A DNA stretch of 37,947 bases from Candidatus Acetothermia bacterium (GCA_046543235.1 JBKGZT010000005.1:1-37947); one strand, 5' to 3'. Positions 28,319 to 37,517 are shown, numbered from the stretch's first letter. Notes: generated by a model from the letters alone, not told the origin. Program-made: numbers and translations.

Positions 28319-30001
28319 TTAGCTACCACCGGATTTGATCAACCTCGTTCCCACTTCCTTGAATACTCTGCCCGCCGTCGCCCCACCCCAGACGGGAGTG
28401 GTTCCAACTTCATCGATGACTATCAAAATCAGATATTTCGGATCGTTCTCGGGGAAAAAACCGGCAAACGACGAGATGTACGTATCAGAAAGGTAACTAC
28501 CGCCAGCCGCTTTCTGTGCTGTTCCCGTCTTTCCGGCGACGTTGTAACCCGGGATTGCTGCTTCCTGGGCGGTACCGTCCACCACTACCTGGCGGAGCAT
28601 CTCATTCATCTCTTCGACCGAGTTCGTATCGGCAATTAGTCCGCGGCTGGTCCCGGAATCGCCCAGTTCCTCGATCGTCTCGCCTTCCGGCCCCTTAATT
28701 TCCTCTACCAGGGTCGGTTCGACAAGGCTACCTCCGTTGGCGATCGCTGCCATTTTACTCGCGAGCTGGATGGACGTAACAGACATACCCTGTCCTATGG
28801 GAATAGAGCCGATTGAGAGTCCGGACCACTGACTGAAATGCTCTAACTGGCCGGATTGTTCGCTGGAAAGCTCGATACCCGTTTTCTGCCCGAAGCCGGC
28901 GTCGCTGAGGAAATCGTAAAGCCTTTTTTCGCCGAGCTCCTGGGCTACTCTGATTGTCCCCGTGTTGATAGAGTGTTTGATGACCTCGGTAAACGGCACG
29001 GTCCCGTAATCCCTATACTGGGCGTTGTTGATCGGGTGGCCGTGAAGGACGAGGGGAGTGTCACCGTTCACGGTCGTATCCGGCTCCACGACGTCGTAGT
29101 CGAGAGCTGCTAATCCGGAAAATACCTTCATAATGGAACCGGGTTCGAACGAATTGGTCACCGGGACGTTCTTTCTTTTTTCTGGGTCGTAGTCGCCGTA
29201 ATTGTTCGGATCGAAACCGCTGTCCTGGGTCATTCCGAGTACGGCGCCGGTTTGAGGATCCATTACCACGCCCCACGCCCTCTTTGCCTCGAAACGGTCG
29301 ACTCCTTCCTTTAACTCCTGTTTTAGTGTGTGCTGAATTTTTAAGTCGAGGGTAAGTTGGACGTCGTAACCGGGCCGTCCTTCAACCAGTGTTTGCTGTC
29401 TGTAGGGGAACCTATTTGCTCCGTAAGTTAACCTCTTGACCTCCGGTTCTCCTTCGAGGGCGTCGTTTAGCGAGTGCTCCACGCCGGAAAGACCTTCGCC
29501 TTCAACCCCTGTAAAACCGACGATCGAACCGACCAGTTCTTTTTGCGGGTAGGCCCTGCGGGATGAATCGAGAAGAACGAGCCCTTCTATACCGGCGTTT
29601 TCGACCCGCTGTTTGATTCTGTTGCCCGTCTCATAGTCCACCCTTCTGTCTACCCAGGTGAAGGAGGATTGGCGATAGACGAGCGATTCTATCTCGTCTC
29701 TGGGGATGTTCAGCTCGTCGCTCAGAATCTGAATCAAGAGTTCGGGTTGGGTCATGTTGTACGAGTCCACGGCTACCGCGTAAGCGGCCCGGTTGATAGC
29801 CAGAGGATTTCCGTCCCTATCGTAAATTCTCCCCCTTTCGGGCTGGACAGTTACTTTCTGCTTGTGGACCGCTTCCGCCCTTTCCTTCCAGGTCTCCCTT
29901 TCCAGGATCTGGACAGTGACCAGCCGCCAGACCACCAGGCCGATACCGGCAACGAAAAGGACCGTGATGAACCATAATCTATTTTTGTTTATCAACTGCA
30001 A
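28319..30001 (-). CDS. ftsI: Class B penicillin-binding protein (FtsI/PBP3-like)
   Basis: N-terminal TM; RGRIYDRDG, RAYP, GLSGVE, LTLD; SxxK (EPGSIMK), SxN (SIN), KTG; TTG start after ftsL. Confidence 0.9.
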   Translation of the reverse strand: MQLINKNRLWFITVLFVAGIGLVVWRLVTVQILERETWKERAEAVHKQKVTVQPERGRIYDRDGNPLAINRAAYAVAVDSYNMTQPELLIQILSDELNIPRDEIESLVYRQSSFTWVDRRVDYETGNRIKQRVENAGIEGLVLLDSSRRAYPQKELVGSIVGFTGVEGEGLSGVEHSLNDALEGEPEVKRLTYGANRFPYRQQTLVEGRPGYDVQLTLDLKIQHTLKQELKEGVDRFEAKRAWGVVMDPQTGAVLGMTQDSGFDPNNYGDYDPEKRKNVPVTNSFEPGSIMKVFSGLAALDYDVVEPDTTVNGDTPLVLHGHPINNAQYRDYGTVPFTEVIKHSINTGTIRVAQELGEKRLYDFLSDAGFGQKTGIELSSEQSGQLEHFSQWSGLSIGSIPIGQGMSVTSIQLASKMAAIANGGSLVEPTLVEEIKGPEGETIEELGDSGTSRGLIADTNSVEEMNEMLRQVVVDGTAQEAAIPGYNVAGKTGTAQKAAGGSYLSDTYISSFAGFFPENDPKYLILIVIDEVGTTPVWGGATAGRVFKEVGTRLIKSGGS

Positions 30002-30002
30002 C

Positions 30003-30296
30003 CTACTCCGTTTCTTCCGAAGTTTCTTCCTCGATTCTCGGTTCCACCATGCCGAGCCTTTCCTTCGCGATCCTTTCTATCCGTTCGTAGGAAAAATAGC
30101 GGGCTCTATCCATCAACAGCTCCTTTTTTCTTTCCCGGAGCGGGACCACGGACTCGTCCAGTTCGTCGACCCTGCGCTGGAGATAGATAACCTGCCAGCC
30201 CTGCCAGAGGTATAGGAAGATCAAAGACAGGATCACCAGGGCAGCCAAAACCAATTTAATCCAGGGAAGAATACCGTCGGCTAAGTTGATGTTCAT
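30003..30296 (-). CDS. ftsL: Cell division protein FtsL
   Basis: Single TM, coiled coil, ERIERIAKERLGM; lies between rsmH and ftsI. Confidence 0.85.
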   Translation of the reverse strand: MNINLADGILPWIKLVLAALVILSLIFLYLWQGWQVIYLQRRVDELDESVVPLRERKKELLMDRARYFSYERIERIAKERLGMVEPRIEEETSEETE

Positions 30297-31276
30297 CTCT
30301 CTTTGGAGGCAAGCTTTCTGCCGGCCCTCAACCTGGCGCTTCTGGATCTGGGGTTTTCCTCGATCTCCTTCTCGTCCGGCGTTATACCGTTAGCGGTGAT
30401 CTCGATTTCCCGTTCCGCCTCGCAGCGGCAGATGGGCAGGTCGGGCGGGCAGGTACAGTCCTCTTCCTTGTGAGCAAGAAACCTCTTGACCCGGCGATCC
30501 TCCAGGGAGTGGTAGGCAATGACGACCATGACTCCGCCTTTTTCCAGGGAATTATAAGCTGCCTCGAGCCCCTCTTCGAGGTTGGTCAGCTCGTCGTTTA
30601 CGGCTATCCTTAGCGCCTGGAAGGTCCTGGTCGCGGGATGTATCTTTCGACTCCACCTTTCACCCTCCGGTAGCGCGGCTTTTATTACGTTCACCAGCTG
30701 GTCGGTCGTCGTGATCCTCTCCTCTTCTCTTTTCTTCACGATCTCTTTTGCTATCCCGTCCGCCCAGCGCTCCTCTCCGTATCGGAGGATCAGGTCTTTC
30801 AGGGCCTCGAAGGAGTATTCGTTGACTATTTCTTCCGCCGTGGTATTACCTTCACTGTCCATTCTCATATCCAGAGGTCCGCTCGATTGAAACGAGAACC
30901 CCCTTTCCGGATCCTCGATCTGAAAGGTGGAAAACCCGAGGTCGAAAAGGACCCCGCTTAGCGCTTCGACCCCCGCCCTCTCCATGGCAGACTCCATATC
31001 TCTGTAGTTCCCCCGGTAGAGTTTGATTTGAGGAGAAAGCTTCTTTAGCCTCTGGCTCGCCACTTCCAGGGCGGTTTCGTCCAGGTCCAGTCCGATCAGG
31101 GTTCCGTCCGCCCCGAGCTTTTCGGCGATTGCCGCCGCGTGTCCACCCGTGGAGGTAGTTCCGTCGAGGAAGACGTCATTCGGTTTTTCACCGGGAGCAA
31201 GATGATTCAGGACCTCTTCTACCATTACCGGCTCGTGGAGTGGAGGGCTAGAGTCGGAACGTTTCACTCTGATCAT
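30293..31276 (-). CDS. rsmH: 16S rRNA m4C1402 methyltransferase RsmH (MraW)
   Basis: HEPVM, DGT..TGGH, FDLGFS, RGFSF, GPLDMRMD, YGEE, HPATRTFQALRIAVNDEL, YHSLEDR, NPRSRSARLR. Confidence 0.97.
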   Translation of the reverse strand: MIRVKRSDSSPPLHEPVMVEEVLNHLAPGEKPNDVFLDGTTSTGGHAAAIAEKLGADGTLIGLDLDETALEVASQRLKKLSPQIKLYRGNYRDMESAMERAGVEALSGVLFDLGFSTFQIEDPERGFSFQSSGPLDMRMDSEGNTTAEEIVNEYSFEALKDLILRYGEERWADGIAKEIVKKREEERITTTDQLVNVIKAALPEGERWSRKIHPATRTFQALRIAVNDELTNLEEGLEAAYNSLEKGGVMVVIAYHSLEDRRVKRFLAHKEEDCTCPPDLPICRCEAEREIEITANGITPDEKEIEENPRSRSARLRAGRKLASKER

Positions 31277-32399
31277 TCAGCTCCTCTTCGATCCAGTCTA
31301 GGGTTACTTCCATACCCTGTTCAGCTTTTTCCGCCATTCTGACTCCTACCCGGCCCGCGGCCGATTTTAACTTTTCCCGGTTCTCGTAGTTTTCTTTCAG
31401 ATCCGATAGGTATTCTGTACCTTCGATCAGTTCTTCTGGATGCCAGAGCGAAAAGTCCGGGGTCTCGTAGGATTCGTTTATTTCCTCGATTAGCGAGTCC
31501 ATTTTCGGGTCGTAGCTTATCCCCTGGACGGGTACACCGCTGATGAAGGAAAATATTAACGTATGCAGGCGGCCCGCGATGACCAGATCCAGATCTTCCA
31601 TCATGTCGATTAGCTGGATCGGAGAAAGGTGGTCGACGTCCAGAACTTTGGTTGGCGCATCCGTGTAGGATTGTAGGTCGGAATTTAGCTGCCTATCAGC
31701 CGGGGATTCGGACGAGAAGAGGACTATCGTGACGCCGTATTCTTCGTGCAACATCTCGAGGCCACTGGAGACTGCTCGCAGAACGTCGGTCCTACCTTCC
31801 ACGTCGTCCCTGAGAGCGGCGGCCACTATGTTGTCTTCCGGCTGAGGGAGAAAGTCTTCCCGGTCCTCGCGTTTTCGGTCAAGCAGGAAAGCCAGATCGC
31901 TCCCCTGCTTTACCCGGCTGCCATCCACCCCTAAGGATTTCAGAACCTTTAGGCTCCGGTCGTCCCTGACTAGAAAACCTTCCACGCCGGATAGGGCCCT
32001 TGAAAGCAGGTACTCGTTGTATCGTCTGTTTACCGGCCCGATTCCCTGACCAACTACGTACACGGGAACGTCCAAAAGCCTGGCGAGATAGATTATTCCG
32101 AGGTAGTACCAGAGCGATAAGGAGCTGGTCCTGTCTTGAAACAGCCCGCCGCCACCGCTGATCAGGACGTCCGTCTTCCTGATCGTCCTGATCAACCCTA
32201 AAACTCCCCAGCGATTAACCGCCCGGACTCCGTGTTCGCTCTCGGTTTTTTTCGGAGCGTTGCTGAGCACAACTACCTCCGGTTCCTCGGAGCCGAAGCG
32301 ATCACGAATTGACGACACGATTGAATCGAGTATTGCCTCGTCCCCGAGGTTGCCGAAGCCGTAATAGCCGGAAATCGTTATTCTGTCAGCTGTTTCCAG
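31248..32399 (-). CDS. csaB: Polysaccharide pyruvyl transferase CsaB
   Basis: ISGYYGFGNLGDEAIL, ISGGGGLFQDRTSSLSLWYY, QGIGP, VRD, GRLH, ISYDPK. Start trimmed from 32615 to the in-frame CTG at 32399 behind GGAGG. Confidence 0.88.
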   Translation of the reverse strand: METADRITISGYYGFGNLGDEAILDSIVSSIRDRFGSEEPEVVVLSNAPKKTESEHGVRAVNRWGVLGLIRTIRKTDVLISGGGGLFQDRTSSLSLWYYLGIIYLARLLDVPVYVVGQGIGPVNRRYNEYLLSRALSGVEGFLVRDDRSLKVLKSLGVDGSRVKQGSDLAFLLDRKREDREDFLPQPEDNIVAAALRDDVEGRTDVLRAVSSGLEMLHEEYGVTIVLFSSESPADRQLNSDLQSYTDAPTKVLDVDHLSPIQLIDMMEDLDLVIAGRLHTLIFSFISGVPVQGISYDPKMDSLIEEINESYETPDFSLWHPEELIEGTEYLSDLKENYENREKLKSAAGRVGVRMAEKAEQGMEVTLDWIEEELNDQSETFRL

Positions 32400-34042
32400 A
32401 GGTAGATCCCTCCGGTGATTAAGAAGAGTAAACCAGTACCCAGAATTAGCCCCCCGGCCAGACCATTTGCCGTTCTGATTAGGGATACTCTGATGGGGGT
32501 ATGAACGTGAATGAACGTGTTGATAATCGAGACCTGACCTGTAAATCCTAATAGGAAAAGGCCTAACTTGCAAAATTGAAGTTTTTCGATAGACCTTCCG
32601 GAAAGATATAGCCAACCTATCATGGCAGGATGGCCGATCAGAAACTCCTTGAACCTCGGCCTGACGAGGAAGGTGCTATCGAGCCAACTCCGGATGGCTT
32701 CTTCCAGGTCAGTGCTGTTGAGGAAGTTAAAGTTTCCGCTCCGGACGAGCAGGAAGGAAAAGAGTGCCAGAAGGGCCGCCCCGGCAAGGACTTTTCCGTA
32801 GCTAAAACTAATTGCCGATAGTTCGAAATCTCTCGAATAAAACCCAAGGAGGAGCAGTCCCGCCAGCGGGAGAAAAAGCGAGGCCTTTACTCCCCGGAAC
32901 TGGTGGAGCTTTAATATGAAGAGATCGTCCAGAAGGAGGCTCGATATAGCCAGGCCCGCGAAGCACGAAAACAGGGAGACGGCCAGAAAGTCCAGGTAAG
33001 TCCGCCCCGGCACCCTCTTCGAAAGGTTCGTAAAGCCGTATCTTTTGAGCAATCGGTAGGCGAGAAGGGGAGCTCCAAGAGCCAGCAGGAGGGCAGCGAC
33101 CTGTTTCGTCAGTATCGGGGCGGCCAAAAGTCCTACCGAGGTCAGGGCCGAGAGGGTGATGATAAGGGCAAGGGCCGTCTTACCGGAGAGCTTTTCCCCC
33201 ATGAAGGAGAGAAGTACACCGGCCCCGATCAAACTGACGATCAGGAGGAACGAAAGCCAGGTCCTCGAGTCCGGGGCCGCTCCCGTCCCTTTTGCCTGAC
33301 TTAAAGGAACCGCATTGTATCCGGAAGCCTTCAGTTTACCCCGGACTTTTTCGAGAGAATTCAATTGTTCGTCGAGGCCGACATTTAACGGGAGCCTGTA
33401 CTCTATCGCCCCGATGTTTCTTTCCTCTACCGCACGGACGTACCTCGCTATCCGCTCGGATTCGGTCAATGACCCTACCTCCTCGTCAAATACACGATGA
33501 AACCTTACATGGCTTAGCTCATCGCTTTTTACCAGCTGCCTGGTTAACCCTTTGTCTCTGAATTCCACCGTGCCGAGCAGTACCCCTTTCGTTTCTATAT
33601 AGCTCTCTAAAGTAGGTGGAACTACGACGTCCCGGACGGCCCGCAGCAACAGATAATCGGGGTCGATTCTCTCGATAGTATTCGATAGACTCCGGGCCTC
33701 AGAATCGTCGAGAAGCTGCAGGTTTTCGATCTCCAGGCCGACCCCGAACCCGGCCTCCCGAAACCTTTCAACCGGTTCCAGCTCGTCCGGCCCGTCTGCT
33801 GCCAGATCCTTCCGGAATAGGACGGCTTCCAGGCCCTCCTCTTTCAGTTTGGAGGCTAGCTCTAATCCGCTGATCCCGTAGAGCGAACTTGCCCGGGAGA
33901 GGTCACTGTACCCGGTGACCAAGGAGTAGTTCCTGTTGCTTGCGTCCCAGCGCATCCGTCTATTTACCTGGTAAAAAATCAGTGAGACTGCTATAAGGAG
34001 GAGAAATACGGTTAAGACTTTTTTTTCATCTCCGAAATTCAT
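32378..34042 (-). CDS. DUF5693-like polytopic membrane protein (csaB-associated)
   Basis: N-terminal TM, soluble domain with RYVRAVEERNI, about 10 TMs with FRGVK, VRPRFKEFLIGHP and GQVSIINTFIHVHTP motifs. Confidence 0.82.
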   Translation of the reverse strand: MNFGDEKKVLTVFLLLIAVSLIFYQVNRRMRWDASNRNYSLVTGYSDLSRASSLYGISGLELASKLKEEGLEAVLFRKDLAADGPDELEPVERFREAGFGVGLEIENLQLLDDSEARSLSNTIERIDPDYLLLRAVRDVVVPPTLESYIETKGVLLGTVEFRDKGLTRQLVKSDELSHVRFHRVFDEEVGSLTESERIARYVRAVEERNIGAIEYRLPLNVGLDEQLNSLEKVRGKLKASGYNAVPLSQAKGTGAAPDSRTWLSFLLIVSLIGAGVLLSFMGEKLSGKTALALIITLSALTSVGLLAAPILTKQVAALLLALGAPLLAYRLLKRYGFTNLSKRVPGRTYLDFLAVSLFSCFAGLAISSLLLDDLFILKLHQFRGVKASLFLPLAGLLLLGFYSRDFELSAISFSYGKVLAGAALLALFSFLLVRSGNFNFLNSTDLEEAIRSWLDSTFLVRPRFKEFLIGHPAMIGWLYLSGRSIEKLQFCKLGLFLLGFTGQVSIINTFIHVHTPIRVSLIRTANGLAGGLILGTGLLFLITGGIYLWKQLTE

Positions 34043-34103
34043 CGTGAAAACATCGCTCCCGTTCCGTGTATGAGACGCTGAAAACCTTCATCTGACAGGA
34101 GAA

Positions 34104-34178
34104 AGGATAACTTTTCCGGTGGCGAGTTGCAAAATAGGGGTCTTCCGTGTTGCAGTCCCTGCCCGTTTTCAATATATT
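34104..34178. promoter_or_regulatory. Divergent promoters for the DUF5693 operon (-) and DUF134 gene (+)
   Basis: Minus: TTGCAA (34132-34127), 17 bp, TATCCT (34109-34104). Plus: TTGCAG (34150-34155), 17 bp, TATATT (34173-34178). Confidence 0.5.
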
Positions 34179-34187
34179 TAAACTGTT

Positions 34188-34505
34188 ATGCCAAGGAGAA
34201 AGAAGGCACGGCGTTGCAGAAAGTTCGAAGGTTCCGAAGTTTTCAAGCCCGCAGGCGTTCCCATGAACCAGTTGCCGCTGACGGAAGTTGAGTTGGACGA
34301 GCTTGAGGCCATGAGGCTCTGCGATAAAGAAGGTTTGAACCAGTCCAAAGCAGCGGAAAAGATGGATATATCAAGAGGAACCCTCCAGCGGCTCCTCTAC
34401 TCCGGTCGAAGGAAGGTCGTCGATAGTTTCATCAACACAAAGGCAATCTCCTTCCAGGCAGGCCCCCATATAGAAGAGCGAGAAGCCAAAAACCGCGGAA
34501 AATAA
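34188..34505 (+). CDS. DUF134-domain predicted DNA-binding protein
   Basis: MPR.KK.R, FKPAGVP, ELEAMRLCD.EGL.Q..AAEKM.ISRGT..R.L.SGR.KV. Confidence 0.9.
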   Translation: MPRRKKARRCRKFEGSEVFKPAGVPMNQLPLTEVELDELEAMRLCDKEGLNQSKAAEKMDISRGTLQRLLYSGRRKVVDSFINTKAISFQAGPHIEEREAKNRGK

Positions 34506-34568
34506 CGGGGATTTAAGTTTCAGTTCTTTCAGGGCAGAGAGAGGCTTCCCCGTAACGCCGCCTTCCAT

Positions 34569-34907
34569 TTACTCCAGCTCTTTCAACGAGTTGTAGGAGT
34601 GGTAGACTGCCTTACTGTAAACGGTTCCGGGGTATATCTCGGCCTCTTTCAGGGCGGCCCGAACCGATCCCAGGTCGAGTTCCTCGGTGCTCCCCACGTC
34701 GGCGAAATCGATCTCGCCGTCCTTTTTCCGGTGCGAAACGTAGATTATAAACAATCCTTCCCGTGTCCGGTAGATCTCCACGCTCGTACTGTGGGCAAGG
34801 GAATCCGCTCCTTCTTCCACGGCCCGGCCCAGCGGTACCCCTAGGAACGTATAGGAGTCCCCTCCTGCGTCGGTCAATAAGGAAAGATGTATTTGCTGGT
34901 ACTGCAC
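34569..34907 (-). CDS. Hypothetical protein
   Basis: 112 aa, acidic composition like neighbouring genes, GTG start, no overlap with credible genes. Confidence 0.65.
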   Translation of the reverse strand: MQYQQIHLSLLTDAGGDSYTFLGVPLGRAVEEGADSLAHSTSVEIYRTREGLFIIYVSHRKKDGEIDFADVGSTEELDLGSVRAALKEAEIYPGTVYSKAVYHSYNSLKELE

Positions 34908-35091
34908 GATACCCCCGTTGGATGATTGGTGGTCCAGGTAACAAAATAACCACGGATCCCAAACGCCCTCTTCCCGCTTACAGGCTAGTGGATGTCGCGG
35001 TCGGTATCAACGACTCTGTTTTCAGGAACGAACCGGATCAGTCGATAGTTCCCCGGTCGACCTGATATCGGGTACGGCACGACTTGCCTGA

Positions 35092-35508
35092 TTATCCTCC
35101 GCCATCTGTCTTCCGGATGTCGAAGTTCTCCTCTAGTACCTTCCTCACGTGTTTGGGCTCCACGTTGGGAGGTAGTAGTTTTGCTATCATCCACGTGGCT
35201 ATACTGAAAGCGTTGTCTGGTTTGAGGAAGACGCTGACCTGCCGTTCCCTGATGACGTCATCGCCCCCTTTTTCGTCCACCTGCCGACCCAGGCTACCGT
35301 CCTTGTTGATCTTAAAACTCTGCCTATCGGGACGTTCCGAACGATCAGTGACGAAATCCATGTGCATGTCCCCCCGCGAGGTCATGCCGCCGTAAACTCC
35401 GTTTGCGTAAACGGTTCGGTGGTCCTCGGATGTCTCGAACTTTATATCGACCTCTTCCGAACTTTCGATGTCACGTGGGTCAAATCCCGCGTTCTTATCT
35501 GGTGTCAT
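35092..35508 (-). CDS. Hypothetical protein, DUF3467-like
   Basis: SD GGAGGT; TVYANGVYGGMTSRGDMHMDF pattern, followed by a strand and a helix (VFLKPDNAFSIATWM). Confidence 0.72.
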   Translation of the reverse strand: MTPDKNAGFDPRDIESSEEVDIKFETSEDHRTVYANGVYGGMTSRGDMHMDFVTDRSERPDRQSFKINKDGSLGRQVDEKGGDDVIRERQVSVFLKPDNAFSIATWMIAKLLPPNVEPKHVRKVLEENFDIRKTDGGG

Positions 35509-35674
35509 CGTAAATCAACCTCCGATTGTTTGTCCGACGGGAAAGGGTAAGGCAACTTGGAGGTTCGTCCAAACTCTCTGTTCGTTACTTCGAAACACTG
35601 TTATGGCCTGTCAGGACTTGAATTATAACCGGTGATTTATATACTAGAAAGCAAAAACAGATGGAGGTTTAAAA

Positions 35675-35893
35675 ATGCCGGATCAGCATATCGACCCTCA
35701 CGAGGAACCCGAGAAGTTCATCGTGAAGGATCCACCGGTCTTCTGTGTCGAGTGTGAAGAAGCCATTGACTACATGGCGGTTCGTGAAGGAGAAAACGTC
35801 TACCACAGGGACTGTTACCTGGAAGTCAACGAACTCGGTCTGGATCATAAGGTCAAGTGGGCTCCGGGTGAACCAGCCGAATCGGAAGTTTAG
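35675..35893 (+). CDS. Small acidic protein with a Cx2Cx16Hx2C zinc-binding motif
   Basis: SD GGAGGT; promoter-like TTGAAT (35618), 16 bp, TATACT (35640); hairpin plus T run at about 35908-35933. Confidence 0.78.
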   Translation: MPDQHIDPHEEPEKFIVKDPPVFCVECEEAIDYMAVREGENVYHRDCYLEVNELGLDHKVKWAPGEPAESEV

Positions 35894-36210
35894 CTGGATG
35901 AAGTCCCAGGCGGGAAAGCTTTCGCCCGTTTTCGGCTGATTAACTGATACACGGGGTGAGTTGGACCGGAAGCCAGGAGATTTCGTGTGGAAGGTCCGCC
36001 GAAGTTAGTTCTGTTGATTGCCGCACTGGTTTCACTGCGGGCCGGCTTCATCTTAAAAAGCCCTTTTGTTGAATACGAGGGACCCTCTTCGTTAGCACTC
36101 ACGGTAGGGTGGTTTTTACAATTCGTACGGATATACTCCCAGGATGACAAAGTTAAGCAGGCTTGAACGTGTACAGTAGGGATCACGAGGTTAAATAAAG
36201 GGAGGTTGTT

Positions 36211-36504
36211 ATGGCTTACAACAGGGGGCCGCTGAGCTCCGACGACGTGGAGGATTTCATCTGGTTTCATCTTTGCAAGGCTTACAATGAAGAGGGTGAA
36301 CAGGCCCTGGATTTCGAAAGCTTGTTCGACGAGGAAGACGATAGCGTTCCCGCCAGAGATGAGGTGGAGGAAGCGGCGGAGTACCTGAAGGATCAGGGTC
36401 ACGTCGAGAAGCGCGTGACGGAAGACGAATTTCTGCTCGAGCTGACCGGCTTCGGGAAGAAACGATGCGAGGGTAACGACATCGGCAGTAGCTGGTCCGT
36501 CTGA
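36211..36504 (+). CDS. Small acidic hypothetical protein, winged-helix-like
   Basis: SD GGGAGGT; C-terminal pattern AEYLKDQGHVE...LELTGFG typical of wHTH wings. Confidence 0.72.
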   Translation: MAYNRGPLSSDDVEDFIWFHLCKAYNEEGEQALDFESLFDEEDDSVPARDEVEEAAEYLKDQGHVEKRVTEDEFLLELTGFGKKRCEGNDIGSSWSV

Positions 36505-36771
36505 AGGGCTCAAACGGGAAGGGAGCAAACCACTCGGTGTCGATCAGCCGGGTCCTCAGTTGGGAAAAGCCCTATATCGGGGGGGTATTCCTCCGGAGAA
36601 GAGGAACCTTCGGGGAGTAGAAGGAAGACTCGGCCTCGTCGAAAAGGACAGGTGGGGAACTTTTCTGTTCTCCGAGATGGAAGCTATGAAAAGCGGAAGA
36701 AACTGACGTTAACCCCGGCGGATAGGTCCAGGTACACTTTGACAGACCTAGATGAAGGAATTCCAGAAGAA

Positions 36772-37413
36772 CTACTTCCGTCTCCTGCCGTGTTCCGTGG
36801 CGATGAACCTCCTGCTCAGTTTCTCGAGAAAGTTCTTCAAATGCTCTCCGAGCAGTTCCCCGGTTCTCGACCCGTCCCCGTCCGAAAGCGACTCCGCAAG
36901 CTTGGAGAATTCCTCGGCAAAACCCCCCATGGGTTCGTTGAAATTTGGGGCAGCCAGGCCTCTAAGGGTCAACTGCCTGAGCCTCCTGAGTTCTTTTGTT
37001 AACGGAGTATTACCGGCTGCTTGATTGATTAGTTCGTGGGCCCGGAAATCCAGCCTTATCAGGCTTTTCGGGTCGTCTTCAGTCCTCATCTCGCTTACCA
37101 ATTCCCTCAAATTTCCCAGGCCCGTAGGCTTGATCCTATTTGCGGCCTTCGCCCCGGCCTGCCTGATCAGATAATTCCTAACCTCGTAGGCGTTCCGCAA
37201 CTTCTGGAGGCTTACCGCCGAGACATAGGTTCCCTTCTGCGGAACGGTCCGGATTAGGCCTCTGCATTCCAGCTTTATCAGCGTTTCCCTAAGAGGTGTT
37301 CTACCTATGTCGAACTCCTCGCACAGTTCGTCCTCCTTCAGCTTCTTCCCAGGTTCGTATTCCATGAATACTATCCTTTCTTCGATTTCCTGAATGAGCT
37401 CCCTTCTTTCCAT
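36772..37413 (-). CDS. GntR-family (FadR/FCD) transcriptional regulator
   Basis: PGKKLKEDELCEEFDIGRTPLRETLIKLE..GLI...PQKGTYV; FCD features YEVR, D..AH..I..AAGN, EH. Confidence 0.93.
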   Translation of the reverse strand: MERRELIQEIEERIVFMEYEPGKKLKEDELCEEFDIGRTPLRETLIKLECRGLIRTVPQKGTYVSAVSLQKLRNAYEVRNYLIRQAGAKAANRIKPTGLGNLRELVSEMRTEDDPKSLIRLDFRAHELINQAAGNTPLTKELRRLRQLTLRGLAAPNFNEPMGGFAEEFSKLAESLSDGDGSRTGELLGEHLKNFLEKLSRRFIATEHGRRRK

Positions 37414-37517
37414 CGTAAAGGTTCCTTACTTTCGACCGGAGAATTCAAAGCGGAAAATAGCGCGGGAGGCCGAGTCGTTTGTATATGAAAAGCCCGGATC
37501 TTGGCTGTAAATGTAAA

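Noticed and set aside
32400..32615. N-terminal extension of csaB in the ORF track
   Set aside because: It overlaps the conserved C-terminus of DUF5693; family similarity begins only at ISGYYG.
36092..36118. Second CIRCE (TTAGCACTC at 36092-36100)
   Set aside because: Only the left half-site is present; after 9 nt comes TGGTTTTTA, not GAGTGCTAA.
35890..36528. 212-aa minus-strand ORF
   Set aside because: Antisense to the SD-supported acidic ORF 36211-36504; no motif or SD.
36652..37024. Plus-strand ORFs 36652-37002 and 36752-37024
   Set aside because: Largely antisense to the GntR gene; no recognisable features.
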